Shown here one piece after another: positions 1 to 12,090 of a DNA stretch of 64,000 nucleotides. Each line of letters starts with the position of its first letter. Position 1 is the stretch's first letter. The notes below the pieces were generated by a model that had not been told where the DNA came from, made no database searches, and saw only the letters and a program-made list of their open reading frames with translations. Origin of the DNA: Octopus bimaculoides (Eukaryota). The DNA is taken from assembly GCF_001194135.2 (NCBI RefSeq), contig NC_068986.1, positions 9,417,946 through 9,481,945 of the forward strand. The letters run 5' to 3'. The position numbers were made by a program, and so were the translations under genes.

Positions 1-225
1 GAAATATTTTGTAGTAAATGATAATAGTTAGAATATTATTATATAAGAATGTATCTTCTTGTCTTAATGGAAAACTATTGATTTGACCAAATGATTATTT
101 TCTTAGTGAATATTTTTTTTTTTGTTTTCCTTGTTCTTTTTATTAAACATCATTTTAATAATCTCCTCTTCATGTCTTGGTTACTTTGATCATGTAACCA
201 CCACCACCACCACCACCACCACCAG

Positions 226-264
226 AAAGCAAACTACCACCACCACCACCACCAGTAACCGAGG
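226..264 (+). CDS. Microexon 1 (39 nt, phase 1/1), xSKLPPPPPPVTE
   Basis: The AG at 224-225 is the first AG after a long AG-free, pyrimidine-rich stretch. Donor is GG|GTAGGT at 265. Length is divisible by 3. An in-frame TAA at 195-197 rules out an upstream extension. TGCATG at 289-294. Confidence 0.7.
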
Positions 265-446
265 GTAGGTAGTAGTATACTGCTGCTATGCATGGTGTTT
301 TAATTAATTTGTATTCATTAAAGACCCCATTTATTATTATCCATATTCATTTGCTGCGTCATTAAAATTCTCCAAGACTTAATATTAAGAAACTATACTT
401 ATCCCAAATAGTAAGAAACCAAATTTCTTAATATTTCTGTTGAATA

Positions 447-660
447 AAGTGGCAAGCTAGCAGAATCATTAGCATGTTGGGCAAAATGCTTAGCGGCATT
501 TTGACCGTCTTTATGTTCCATGTTCAGATTCTACTGAGGTCGACTTTGCCTTTCATCCTTTCAGAGTCGATATAATAAGTACCAGTTGCGTACTGGGGTT
601 GATGTAATTGACTTACTCCTTCCCCTGAAATTACCTCTTTGTGTCAAGGCTTGAAACCAA
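447..660 (+). mobile_element. tRNA-derived SINE family A
   Basis: A/B-box-like head (tggcaagctagcagaat...gttcagattc) and body gtcgactttgcctttcatcctttc. Other copies at about 11415, 12205, 13362, 13590, 31005(-), 35880, 46330(-), 49320, 53460(-), 59700(-), 61125, 61372 and 61525(-). Confidence 0.85.
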
Positions 661-966
661 TATTTTTGTTGAGTAAAATTATTGTGGTTTATATCTATCA
701 CAGTTCCAATGAAAACTTCATTGTTTTTATTCTTGATCCTATTTAAACTTTTTGTCTCACTTGAAGGCAATATTCTTCATTGTAACGCTAGATGATCGAG
801 AGGGTTATATGCCAGCGAAGTTCATTTCTAATACGTAGCTAATATTTCTGATATCAATTTGTAACCCTGTCTGATGTTTCTGATATTTCCCCACCTTGAT
901 AAACAAACTAATGAATAATGAATTAAGGTCAAGTCAATTCACTTTCTCATTCGCACGTTGCGTCAG

Positions 967-978
967 AGCAGCTAACAA
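967..978 (+). CDS. Candidate microexon 2 (12 nt, phase 1/1), EQLT
   Basis: actttctcattcgcacgttgcgtCAG|agcagctaacaa|GTGAGT. Strong donor, TGC just upstream of the acceptor, frame-preserving. Confidence 0.5.
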
Positions 979-2899
979 GTGAGTTTTATACAAATTAACT
1001 AACCTAAAACAGCTGCCAATTTTTCTCTTTTTATAACTGCGTTCCTATGGTAACCAAAAGCAATTGAGCTTAAGGCTAAATCTTCATCTGTTCCTGAAAT
1101 ATGAAGTTCCTGTCCTTTTCCTTTATCCTTTTTCGTTCTGGATTCACTTTATTTAATCTAAGAATTTCCAGCACTATTCTGGTAGCATCCAAAGATTTAT
1201 AAATTTGAGTAATTGTCTTTTATCTTTGATTTAAGCAACATTTGTTTCCCAAGATATGCTTCTAACATGAAGAGATATTATTCCATGCATGCAACAGAGA
1301 AGTTTATACAAGATTTCTGTTGCCAAGGACATTTTTATTTGTAAAATTAGCTAATTACAAACAGCAAAGTGAACATTAACCTAATGTAATTGAATAGTAA
1401 ATTTCAATTAAGATTAAACCTTCAATGAGGAGAAATGACATCAATATAGTATTAATAATTCTGGTAAAGAAAGGTAGGGGAGATAAATGAGGGGAGATGT
1501 TATTAGATAATAATAACCTTGTCTTGTTGGTTGCTGATATCTTCAAATTTGTGTAGGATTAGGATTAAAAGAAAATGTGATTATCAGTTGATTGATACTT
1601 ATATAGATGTTGTTTAGTTACAACTCAAGCTCTGATGACATTTCAGCTTTGACCACCTCATCTTTTTTGTATGCTTTACTGTTTTAAGACTGTAAAATGT
1701 GAGTTAATGGAATTTGGTTGTCATTTCAAGCAGGTTGAATAGGGATTTAAATTGTGATCATCATCACCACCATCATTACATGTCTACTCACCCTGACTCC
1801 CCCCCCCTGTTTGCCTGGGTTAGATGTTCTTTTTCCAACCCACCTTATCCCCACTTGTGATTCCTCATCAACTCCTTCATAAGGTTTACTATTTTGAGCT
1901 CAGCCTTCACGACTTCTTCCCATGTTTTCCTTGGTTTCCTTTCAGAAGGAGCTTTTCTGCTCTCTCTTGTGAATTTAAAATATTTACTCATATTTATTTA
2001 CTATTTAAGAATTTACTTTAAAGCATTCTGTTTTTAGCTTCCTGGTTTCATTTCTTTTTCTTTATATTTTTGTCTCTTTCTATCTGTGTTTTTTTATTTT
2101 TTTTATTTACAACCACAGTTATAAAGTTGTATCCCTATTAGGTTGGTGAAGAAATTTCTGATCCGAGACTCTTTTAGCATCATGTCTTCATCTTTAGAAT
2201 ATTTGTAAACAGAACCAAACAACTTAGATAATTGTCAGGGAATTCGTTAATATAGAAAGGAGCCATTTTATTAGGTTCAGCTCCAGTTTTGAGATGCAAA
2301 TATTTTTATCTCTTCTTCTGGATGTTTATCTTAAGTGTTACGTGGTCTTTCTAACTTCTTCATTGATAAAAACTTTCTGAACAATAAGCAAAATGTCTAG
2401 AGTTTTTCATATCATAATGAAATTTGTATTTTAATTTAGAATCTTCTCTCTGCTGCAACGTATGTTATTCATGGAGGCTGTTAAGAATCTTAGATGAATG
2501 TAGTTTTGTGAATCTTGTTTGGCAGGCACCATTACTGATCAGGAATTTTTAAAGTGAAAGAAAGATGCTACTAAAGATTTCTAAATTTATACAATAATTT
2601 ACTTGAAAACAGAGAGGAAAGCTAATTATTTTGATGATTATTTAGTTGTTAACAAGCTAGTTACTGTAATAAGGAGTATAAATAGTTGCATAAAGAAATG
2701 GATGGTTTCTACTGTGTGGCAGCTTTGCAACTGGAAATAAGCAAGAAATAAAAATGATTGGGTCTAGTCATACAATGGAGGTGGTTGAGTTGAGATGCAG
2801 GAATGATTTGCGACTAAGTAATTATATTATGTGAGTTGATGCCTAAGATGTGTAAGAAAGCTCAAAGAGAAAGAAAACTGATGGCACATGTTGGACTCT

Positions 2900-3072
2900 T
2901 TAACCCTTTAGCATTTAAACTGGCCAGATCCAGCCTCTCACACCTACCCTGCAATGTCATTCTGAAGATAGACAATCACATCTTTGAAGTTTCAAAGCTA
3001 CAAGATAATGCAGAATTCACTTTAAACCATGTAAATAACTAAGCATTACATTTGGCAATGGTGAATGGTTAA
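2900..3072. mobile_element. TTAA-CCCTTT MITE remnant (related copy at about 7526-7740)
   Basis: Begins ttaaccctttagcatttaaactggcc and ends aatggttaa. Internal sequence is shared with 7526-7740. Confidence 0.6.
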
Positions 3073-4689
3073 AATCAGAATCTAAAGATCTCACTGAAAA
3101 TTCTGAATGGTTTCAATGGTGTTGCTTTTGTTGTTTTTGTTAGATGAACTTTCCTGAGAAGGAATTAGCAAGATCCCTGTCACTGGTACCCAATTTCTGG
3201 TACCCTGTAATTTCACAAACTGCCTCCATTTAGCAATGCACCACTTCCTCAGCAATGGCATTGGCAGGCTACTTATCAAGTTTTAAATTCTTGAAATTCT
3301 TTAAGAGTAAAATGTCATATATATGATAGACTATATTTCTGGGCTGAAAGATGGAAGCAATTCTTTTTATTAAAAGACTCCTTATTGAAGCCCCTTGTCA
3401 GGTTGTAGACTCTTTGCATTATTTTAAAGAAATGAAGTGCAAAGCTTTATTGATATCAATTGTGGTTAGATTATTATGATGGTAGATTTTGTATTGACTG
3501 CATCTAATTTATAGTAGGAAAATGTAAGGATTCAGCACAGTAGCTAGATACCATATGTGTAGTGAAACGTAGGATATTGAAAATAACTGATAATTGTTTT
3601 AAAGATTGTAGGAGTGGAATATTTGTTAAGCTTTAATATGGTTGTAATCTTATCTAGTTTTTATTGTCTTGAGTTGGTATAAATAGCCAATGATAGTAGT
3701 ATATTGATTTTGGTGGACTCGTTGATGATTAGATTTTATCTCCTCATCATTTTATGTCTGCCTTCCATGATGGTATAGGTTGGACAGTTGGACAAGATCC
3801 AATGGGTTAAGGGACCATGTTATGCTCTGGTGTCACAGTTGCATATTTGGTTGAGCCATGTAGTATGGGATTTTTCTAAATTTCTCTCATGTATTTTGCT
3901 AAGGAAGATGTGAGATTGTGTTGTTGGTGGAAAGTCTCCTTATTACAAGTAACTCTTATTCTGTCTTTGTGATTATTAGCATAGATTGCAGATCAAATGT
4001 TTTCGTGTCATTTGATGTTATCAAACAGTTTTAGTCAGTGGAAAATATATAGTAGGGCTTGTAATCTTTTGCCACTAAGTTGTGTTGATTGGAGAAATTA
4101 ATACAATATCATGGTCTCTGCTGTTGTATTTTCAAGCTATTTGTTAAGATCTCTACTGGACTGACCTCCTCATTGTGGAGTATTCTCATTTGAAGTATTC
4201 TGTACATAGATGAAGCCTAATGATTTCATTTCTTCTGTTAAGAATCTGTTGTGAGAGATTTCATTGCTGTATAAGCTCTTCTGAACTTGCAGGGTATGAA
4301 GTCCACCAATTATTGGTGCTAGACTTACCGTCTGCAACCCCTGAGCAAATGTTGCAACCAATCATCTGGTATAAACTTAGTGTTAACTAATTTAAGAAAC
4401 CTAAAAATCTAACTAGAAATTATTAGATACTGATTAATATTATTTCGAGACTTTTGGTAAAAATGGGAGATAACCATGGAGAAGTTTCTGTCACATTAGA
4501 TGTCCTCAGCCAAGCAGAGATTTCACTGTAATTAATGAAGTAATAAGGTAATCGTTTTGTAACTGCAAATATGCATTTGTTGCCAGAGAAAGATAGAAAT
4601 ATTCCCAGAATCAATTACTCTTTGATGCTGTCTGCATGCTCCTCTCCCTACTCTCAAACCCATTTCAACATACATCAACAAACCAAAAG

Positions 4690-5090
4690 CTTAGCAGCTG
4701 AGACAGTTTGGATATTTTGAAAGAGCACTGGTGGTCTGTTAGGGCCCAAGGCAAAGAATTGGCTTTGGACTTGTGCAGTTAGTGTTTTCTTTGGGCCTCA
4801 GCAATCCTGTTCTGTTCATAGGGGATCACACCTCTGCTAGGGCAGCTTCACCATGCTGGGTAGTTTTATGTTTGCATTTCGCAGGCGTCCGGGTTGATCT
4901 TAAAGCTCTTCAGTGAGGCCTTGAGTGTATCCTTGAAGCACTTTTTCTGTCCACTTTGCGTACACATGCCTTCTGCTAGTTTACTGAAAAACAGTCTCTT
5001 GGGGGTGTTGCATGTCAGGCATTCAAACAAGGTGACCTGCCACATATTCTATGATTAGAATCATGAGCAGAACTAAACTTTAGAAAGATG
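4690..5090 (-). mobile_element. RTE-clade LINE 3' fragment, degenerate
   Basis: The minus strand gives GHLV.MP..TPKRLFFSKLAEG....GQKKCFKDTLKASLKSF-like sequence. Boundaries are approximate. Confidence 0.7.
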
Positions 5091-5220
5091 ACTCTTCATC
5101 TATTGAAGAGTGGAAAGAAAAGAAATATCTAGTAGAGATAACTGAAAATAATATTTACTTGTAGAAGTATACTGCGAATAACATTTAAATCCTTTAAAAC
5201 TGTCTCTGGAAAAAATAGGT

Positions 5221-5422
5221 TTAACCCTTTTGTTACCAACCCGGCTGAAATCAGCTCTGGCTCTGAATACAAATGTCTTGTTTCCATAAGTTTTCAATTA
5301 AAATCTTCCTTAGTTACAATTTATGTTTCTAACACTAGCTGAATGATAACTAAATTCTTTGTTATATTTAAAGTAATTGAAAGAAACACAGAACATCTAA
5401 AATACAGTAACGAAAGGGTTAA
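5221..5422. mobile_element. piggyBac-type MITE
   Basis: TIRs ttaacccttttgttac and gtaacgaaagggttaa, with TTAA at both ends. Confidence 0.8.
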
Positions 5423-5575
5423 GAAAAAAATATAAACATGATATTTACCATGGCTTCCTACTTCTTAATGGATTGTTTTATAAATATTCCAAAATGAAAA
5501 GGAAAAATTGTATTTATGTAATCTACTTATTCATAATAATTTTGTTAATTTCATAAATTTTACCTCTCTTGGTAG

Positions 5576-5608
5576 AAGAGAAAATTGAAGCAGTTCAAAT
5601 CACTTCTG
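5576..5608 (+). CDS. Microexon 3 (33 nt, phase 1/1), xEKIEAVQITS
   Basis: tttacctctcttggTAG acceptor, TG|GTATGT donor, open in the same phase as the other microexons. Confidence 0.65.
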
Positions 5609-6738
5609 GTATGTACTTCTAATTTGTTAAAGTAGTTTTTTTATTTGCTTTTTCAAAATTTTTCTCTTTTATAAAATTAGAAATATTAAAATCATAAAAC
5701 TAGACAGGAACTTATCAGTTGACAACACAGTTGTGCACTACAAAATCTCCACACGCACACGATGAAATTGTGATGCTTATAAAAGATTAATGATGGAAGC
5801 AGTGCCCTTAACACAACACTAAAATATGCAGACAACATACATTATTCACAAACAAGAACAGCTGACTAATGACATATAAAAGTAAGGATTAAAATGCAGA
5901 TTGCAGTTTTAATATCTCCACCAATAACATTAGTCTTACCTTCGCACTGAGGGTCTAGAAACATTGATAATGTATTTAAAAATACTAATGTTACCAATAA
6001 AAATATTCAATTGTTACTGAGGATAATGTTCCCACAAAATTGTTTTAAAAACCTCGAGAAATCTTTGTGTTTTCAATATATGTCTAAAAGAAAACCTGCA
6101 TCCCAAAAATTGTGTGTGTATGTGTGTGTGTGTGTGTGTATGTGTGTGTGTGTGTGTGTATTCACATATATGTATGACAAGAATTAGATGGCAGAATTGG
6201 TGTGTTGAACAAAAATAACCTGTGAAATTAAATTCCATGCTGGTTGCCTCCCCTTATACCCAGCCAAGTTACTTTTGTCTCTGATGAGATCAACAAAAGG
6301 TCAAGTTCAATGTGAAGTCCTCAAGTTAAAAAAACAAAAAGCAAAAGAAGTTATCATTAACTGTTGTTAATGCACACACGTTCACATAGCAACCCTGACT
6401 GTTAAGTCACTACTTCTGGTAGCAACTATTCATAATACACACTCTGCCCAACTTATCTCTGAAAATGATTTTGTTGGCAAAGGGCATCTGAAAGCTGTAT
6501 TCATTCATTCATCTAATCGGGGCATTTAGATGAATGAACACCTTTCACAAAGTTGTTGTTTATTGTGAGAGTGAGAGTGTTGTGTTTTTTAAAGACTTCT
6601 AAATAACTGCAACTAATTTGGTGTAGAAGTATTTCTTAGTGCTGCTGTGAAAGAACATGGCAAATGTTAAAACTATGTCCAGACAATTCCTGGTATTTCT
6701 TTGGATATAAAAAAAGAAAAACAACCTTAATTTACATT

Positions 6739-7236
6739 TACATTATTTACATTTGATGGATATTTGTCCTCATCTTGTTTGTTGTTAACACAACGTTTTG
6801 GCTGATAAAGGACAGAGAACATCACTGGAAAATACAAAAACTAAAAGAAGCAGCACATATGTTAGGACACAACAACCTTCTAAGCAGACTAAGTGCAGAT
6901 ATGAATAGCATATGGGGGCCTGTATTAAGGAAGGATAGGAAAATATTAGATTTATAAGCTCTAAAATTCACTCCATAATTGCTCACGGGCATATGGCGTA
7001 CTGGTTAAGAGCATGGGCTACTAACCCCAAGATTCTGAGTTCGATTCCAGGCAGTGACCTGAATAATAATAATAACGAAAAGTACTTTAGGAATGAGAAC
7101 CCAGGTTTGAAATTTCCCCAAGATGAAGGCTGGAGGGTATATCAGCCGAAACGTTTTAATAAACAAGATCAGGACAAATATCTGTCAAATGTAAATAATG
7201 TACATAATTCCTCATCTCTTAAATATAGAACTATAA
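6739..7236 (+). mobile_element. Penelope-like element remnant with inverted termini
   Basis: ORF fragment EHHWKIQKLKEAAHMLGHNNLLSR...IW resembles the C-terminus of a PLE GIY-YIG endonuclease. 6739-6807 is an imperfect reverse complement of 7139-7205. Confidence 0.7.
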
Positions 7237-7863
7237 CTTCAATTTATATTTTATAAGAAAATAGGTTCAGCATAATGTTGGCTTAAACTGGTTGTCCTCA
7301 AAAATTGTGAGGAAGAGGTGTGGGTGGATGGGGGTCCTTTTCTTATACTTCTAAAAATTTCAGCAGTTTATTGTTGGCTTAAATTGTTTTTTGTTTTCTC
7401 AGTTTGATAAATAGGAATCAATCACTTAGATATTGTGAATTAGCAGCTAATGGCAATGTGTCTTCATAACAATAGTGTTAAGGCAAACAATATTATGGAG
7501 TTAAAGACTTTCTTTTTTTCCCTTTCACCCTTTAGCATTTAAACTGGCCATATCTAGCTCAGATATTTTGTTTGATGTTCAAACCAACCAGATTCTGCCT
7601 CTCACTCCTACCCTACAATGTCATTCTAAAAATAAACAATCCTATCATCATAACCTTGATGCTTTGAGATAATGCATGATTAATTAAAAACAATGTGAAT
7701 AAATGAGCATTAACATTTGACAGAATGTTAAAGAGTTTAGTCATTGCTAACTTTGTAGTTTTAAACACAAACGCGCGCACACGCACACACACACACACAC
7801 ACCAGTTTAAAAGAAAAAATCTAAATTTTTTTAAAACTTTTTTTTTGTTTTTCCTTTGTATAG

Positions 7864-7893
7864 CAGAGGAGTGTCCTCTCCCTGATATTATTG
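7864..7893 (+). CDS. Microexon 4 (30 nt, or 27 nt via NAGNAG), AEECPLPDII
   Basis: Poly-T tract, TAGCAG acceptor, TG|GTATGT donor. Paralogous to the exon at 8201-8233. Confidence 0.8.
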
Positions 7894-8200
7894 GTATGTA
7901 TTTTAAGATTCCGGACTTTTTCTAATTTCAGTGATTAAAATTTCTTCCAAATTAGGTTTTTTTTTTTTGCTTGGGAGATTTTTTTTCTCAAAGTTAGATA
8001 CATTTCATTCAATGACCATTTCTTATAATTTAACATTTCGACAATATTTAATTGGTTTAAAAAATAATTATCCGTAAAATTAAATTGAATACTGAAAATT
8101 TTTCAGTTAAATAAACATCTTTAAACTTTTTATTAACAAAAAGAAATATGCAAAAAACTATCTCTGGATTTTTTTTACTTTCCTTTACCTTAACGAAAAG

Positions 8201-8233
8201 AAGAAGATGAACGTCCACTCCCTGATGTCATTG
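8201..8233 (+). CDS. Microexon 5 (33/30/27 nt), EEDERPLPDVI
   Basis: Pyrimidine tract, CCTTAAC branch-like motif, AAG AAG AAG tandem acceptors, TG|GTGCGT donor. Shares the PLPD[IV]I motif with exon 4. TGCATG at 8265-8270. Confidence 0.75.
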
Positions 8234-8738
8234 GTGCGTACTTTCACTCTCGGAAACTGCTTATTGCATGCAGTGTATTTTCATACTTATATTTTCCCTG
8301 TTTATCTCACTGTCTCAAATTGGAAGGTGTGGTTCTGTTTAGAGATTTCTTAGATTTTAGTCACTGAAAGACATATCCTTTTCTAGATAGGATGCCAGTC
8401 TATCAAAAGCTTTATCCACAAAAAACTATGGACTAATGAAATGGTGGTAAATCATAAAAATCTTCTGGCAAATATTATGAATTGTGTCTCTTAATTTATG
8501 CTCCTGTGTAAAGTGAGCAGCAGTATAAAAAGTAGCTTTACCAAAAATATAATGATGGAATTCACATTAAAAACTCAGTTTAACTGAAATTGCTATCAAT
8601 ATTAAAAGTTAACCTTTTTAATACCAATCCACTCAAGATCGCCCTTGGTTCTATAACAGCTTCCTGTTTTAAAATGATTGAAGTTAAAACTTCCCATAGA
8701 AATTTCATGTTATGTTCTAAGCACCAACTCCATAATGA

Positions 8739-9044
8739 CAAAGTTTAGGACAAATGTTGCTGTAATTTAGCCCCATGAGACATCGTCTCCAGCTGGCTAT
8801 ATGACACGATCTGTGTCCTCATATTTTCAAACAAGGGAATCTAGCACCCCCACTCAGCTCAAAACAATATAAGGATACAGATCGTGTCATATAGCCAGCT
8901 GGAGACGATGTCTCCTGGGGCTAAATTACAGCAACATTTGTCCTAAACTAGGACTGCCATGTTATGTTGGCAAACAATCTTTACTCCAAAGTACTGTTTC
9001 TGAATATCTCTCGTGAGATTTAAAAATAGTAATTTTCCAAAGTT
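8739..9044. mobile_element. Fold-back insertion with 7-bp direct repeats, nested in a MITE-like repeat
   Basis: Inverted arms at about 8743-8820 and 8871-8948. CAAAGTT at 8739-8745 and 9038-9044. The host repeat is seen uninterrupted at about 56330-56480. Confidence 0.7.
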
Positions 9045-9086
9045 ATTTTAGTAAATCCTTCATTATTTTCATAATTTATTGGAAAT

Positions 9087-9450
9087 AGGTGCAGGCATGG
9101 CTGTGTGGTAAGAAGCTTGCTTCCCACCCACATAGTTCCAGGTTCAGTCCCACTATGTGACACCTTGAGCAAGTATCTTCTACTATAGCTTTGGGCCTTG
9201 TGAGTGGATTTAGTAGATGGAAACTGAAAGAAGCTTGTTGTGTGTGTATATATGTATGTGTGTGTCTTTATGTCTGTTTGTTTCCCGTCACCACTTAACT
9301 GATGTTGGTTTGTTTACATCCCTGTAACTTAGTGATTCTGAAAAATTAACTGATAGAATAAATACCAGGCTTAAAAGAATATGTACTGGGGTTGATTTAT
9401 TTTACTAAAAATTCTTGAAGGTTGTGCTACAGCATGGCCACAGTCTAAGG
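9087..9450 (+). mobile_element. tRNA-derived SINE family B
   Basis: ggcatggctgtgtggtaagaagcttgcttccc...ggttcagtcccact with an internal (TG)n. Other copies at about 12870, 30570(-), 39820(-), 48294, 50760, 54075/55080, 59325, 60200(-) and 60600(-). Confidence 0.85.
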
Positions 9451-10128
9451 TTAAAAATAAAATAGCAGTGTACTTCAACAGAAATATTGTAATGAAATGG
9501 TTAAACTTTTCAAGACATTCCATTTCTTAGATTGCCATTCCAAACTATGTCGGACACCGTTAAAGATATTGCTTTGTGTTTTACTAAATTTCTCGTCTGA
9601 AACAGTTTCTCCCTTTCATTATTTCTGCACTCAATTTGAATAAGTTTGATCTCTTTATTTAAACATTGCTTAACACTGCATGTTTATAGTCAGAGTTGTG
9701 TTTCTAGAAGGTTCCGTCTGTTGGTAGTGAGACTAATTTGAGATATTCTGGAAACAATGACTAATTGTAATTGTATCAACAAAATACCTACAGATGTTTA
9801 TTTTTATTCAATGAGTAATAAGACTTATATCAGATGATATGAGGGTGAGTGTACACACACACACACACACAAACACACATGTATGTATATATATAATACC
9901 TATATCAGGTGATATAGGTGTGTGTGTATATTTGAAAAAATGAGTAGAGATGGCTTTTTGTGGGGGTTAATTTTTCATTTCAATAATAATGTTTACAGCG
10001 AGGTACTCTAAGATGAGTTTCAAGCTTCAAATAACCGTTTTCAAATTGAGAAATCTGTGTTTTTATTGGTTGCTTAAATGACAAAAAAGATTTTTCTTAC
10101 AAGTATACACACGAAAAAAAAAAAAAAA

Positions 10129-10457
10129 NNNNNNNNNNNNNNNNNNNNNNNNNNNNNNNNNNNNNNNNNNNNNNNNNNNNNNNNNNNNNNNNNNNNNNNN
10201 NNNNNNNNNNNNNNNNNNNNNNNNNNNNNNNNNNNNNNNNNNNNNNNNNNNNNNNNNNNNNNNNNNNNNNNNNNNNNNNNNNNNNNNNNNNNNNNNNNNN
10301 NNNNNNNNNNNNNNNNNNNNNNNNNNNNNNNNNNNNNNNNNNNNNNNNNNNNNNNNNNNNNNNNNNNNNNNNNNNNNNNNNNNNNNNNNNNNNNNNNNNN
10401 NNNNNNNNNNNNNNNNNNNNNNNNNNNNNNNNNNNNNNNNNNNNNNNNNNNNNNNNN
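10129..10457. other. Assembly gap (N). Other gaps at 26038-26047, 36473-36893, 40545-40554, 47744-48115 and 54557-55079
   Basis: Runs of n, mostly next to (TA)n or poly-A tracts. Confidence 1.
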
Positions 10458-10462
10458 ATATA

Positions 10463-10495
<33 letters not shown>

Positions 10496-11634
10496 TACAT
10501 CATCATCGTTTAGCGTCCGTTTTCCATGCTGGCATGGGTTGGACAGTTCAACCGAGGTCTGGGAAGCCAGAAGGCTGCACCAGGCCCCAATCTGATCTGG
10601 CAGTGCTTCTACAGCTGGATGCCCTTTCTAACGCCAACCACTCCGAGAGTGTAGTGGGTCCTTTTTACATGCCACCAGCACAGAGCTGGCATCGACCACA
10701 ATCGGATGATGCTTTTTATGTGCCACTGGTACGGAAGCCAGTCAAAGCAGCAATGTATATGATTCTTATAATCAGATGGTGTGGATATATACGTATGTAC
10801 ATATGTAGTTACGCATGTATGCTTGTAATACATATATCACCAGAGGATATGTATGTATCTTTGTGCATAAGAATATATGTCCAGATCTCTGTGCCGTGTA
10901 TATTATAGAATTTTGGAAGATTCTTTTTAAGGTGTTAGTCTTTATAGTTTGATAGAATGTACAGAATTGGTTAAATATTCAAGAAATAACCAATAAACAA
11001 AGAACATACAGTTCCAATATAAACCTAGAATCTCTACCATAACTATATTTTCTAGTTGCAAAACTGTCTTTCAGTTGACTATAAAGTTTGAAGTTAGATA
11101 AAATATTCAAGTTTTTTTTTTTTGCTTTTAACACAAATATTTTCTCAGTTTCTTAATTTAGTAGTTTTTTTTTTTTTGGTTTTGTGTGTGTTGCCCGATT
11201 TTTACATTTAATAATCTTATTTTTCCAATCTTTTACCCACTTAGATAATAGATTGTTAAAGAAAAATGATTGTTCTTCAATGCTTTTAAATGTCATAAAT
11301 ATCAGATTGTTTAATTCAGTTTTGTATTTAAGATTTATATATAGTTGTGTTCCTATTAACCAAAGTGACCATGTTCCCAGTAACCTGTGTGCCTGTATGT
11401 GTGTGTGTGTGTGTGTGTGTGGTAGAATGTGCAGAGCACCTTTGTGGCATTTCATTACAACTGTTTCCATTCTGAGTTCAAATCCTGCCCTTGACAACTT
11501 TGTGTTTCATCCTCCTATGTTGACAAAATAAATACCGAGTCAATGTTAAACCCTGAAAGGTAAAGCCCCAGAATGGTCACAGTCCAACGACTGAAACCAT
11601 TAAATGAATATATCAAAGTAGGGTTTATTATCAT

Positions 11635-12090
11635 TCTTGAGTGAGAGAGCAGCGTATGCCATCAAAGTGACACTTGGGGTACAAATATACAAAGCCCAGT
11701 ATACCCATCATGACTGCCCGTCTGATAAGGGTACACCAGGCACATGCATCACAACCATATGTGCACGACATGGTGATCTTATATCAAGATTAACAGTGCA
11801 TGATCTTGCAGGTCGAGCCTATTTAAAATTTTCTTCAGGTTGAGTAACCATCCCACTCAAAAGGTCCTTGAATAAGTGTTGTTTGAGAATGCTAAATGAA
11901 ACATCCATGTATCTAGAGGTGAATTATCCAAACCCCAAAGAATTCCTCTCAACACATAGCTATTCTGCTCATGATCAGAGATGCACATATTGTCAGCCAC
12001 CAAGGGACATCACGAACTGGTTATGGTCAAGCATCTGACAATCAAATCTGTAGTATTGAGCAGAATATTTACTGTAGCCCATCTTTTCTA
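11635..12090. repeat. Interspersed repeat of unknown class
   Basis: Higher-GC block. The segment agccac.aagggacat...ggtcaagca.ctga.aa recurs at about 49846-49892. Confidence 0.55.

Noticed and set aside
2440-2459. Microexon candidate ending in GTATGT
   Set aside because: 20 nt, frame-shifting, and unlike the array peptides.
6987-7061. tRNA gene
   Set aside because: A and B boxes are present, but there is no convincing acceptor stem or cloverleaf, and it is embedded in a repeat. Treated as a SINE-like head.
9834-9844. Microexon candidate CAG|atgatatgagg|GTGAGT
   Set aside because: 11 nt, so frame-shifting, with a poor pyrimidine tract. The sequence resembles a mariner-type terminal remnant next to a (CA)n tract.
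10078-10908. Long ORFs spanning N runs (also about 47505-48181 and 54446-55233)
   Set aside because: Artefacts of translating gaps and microsatellites. Only 47519-47637 is a real exon.
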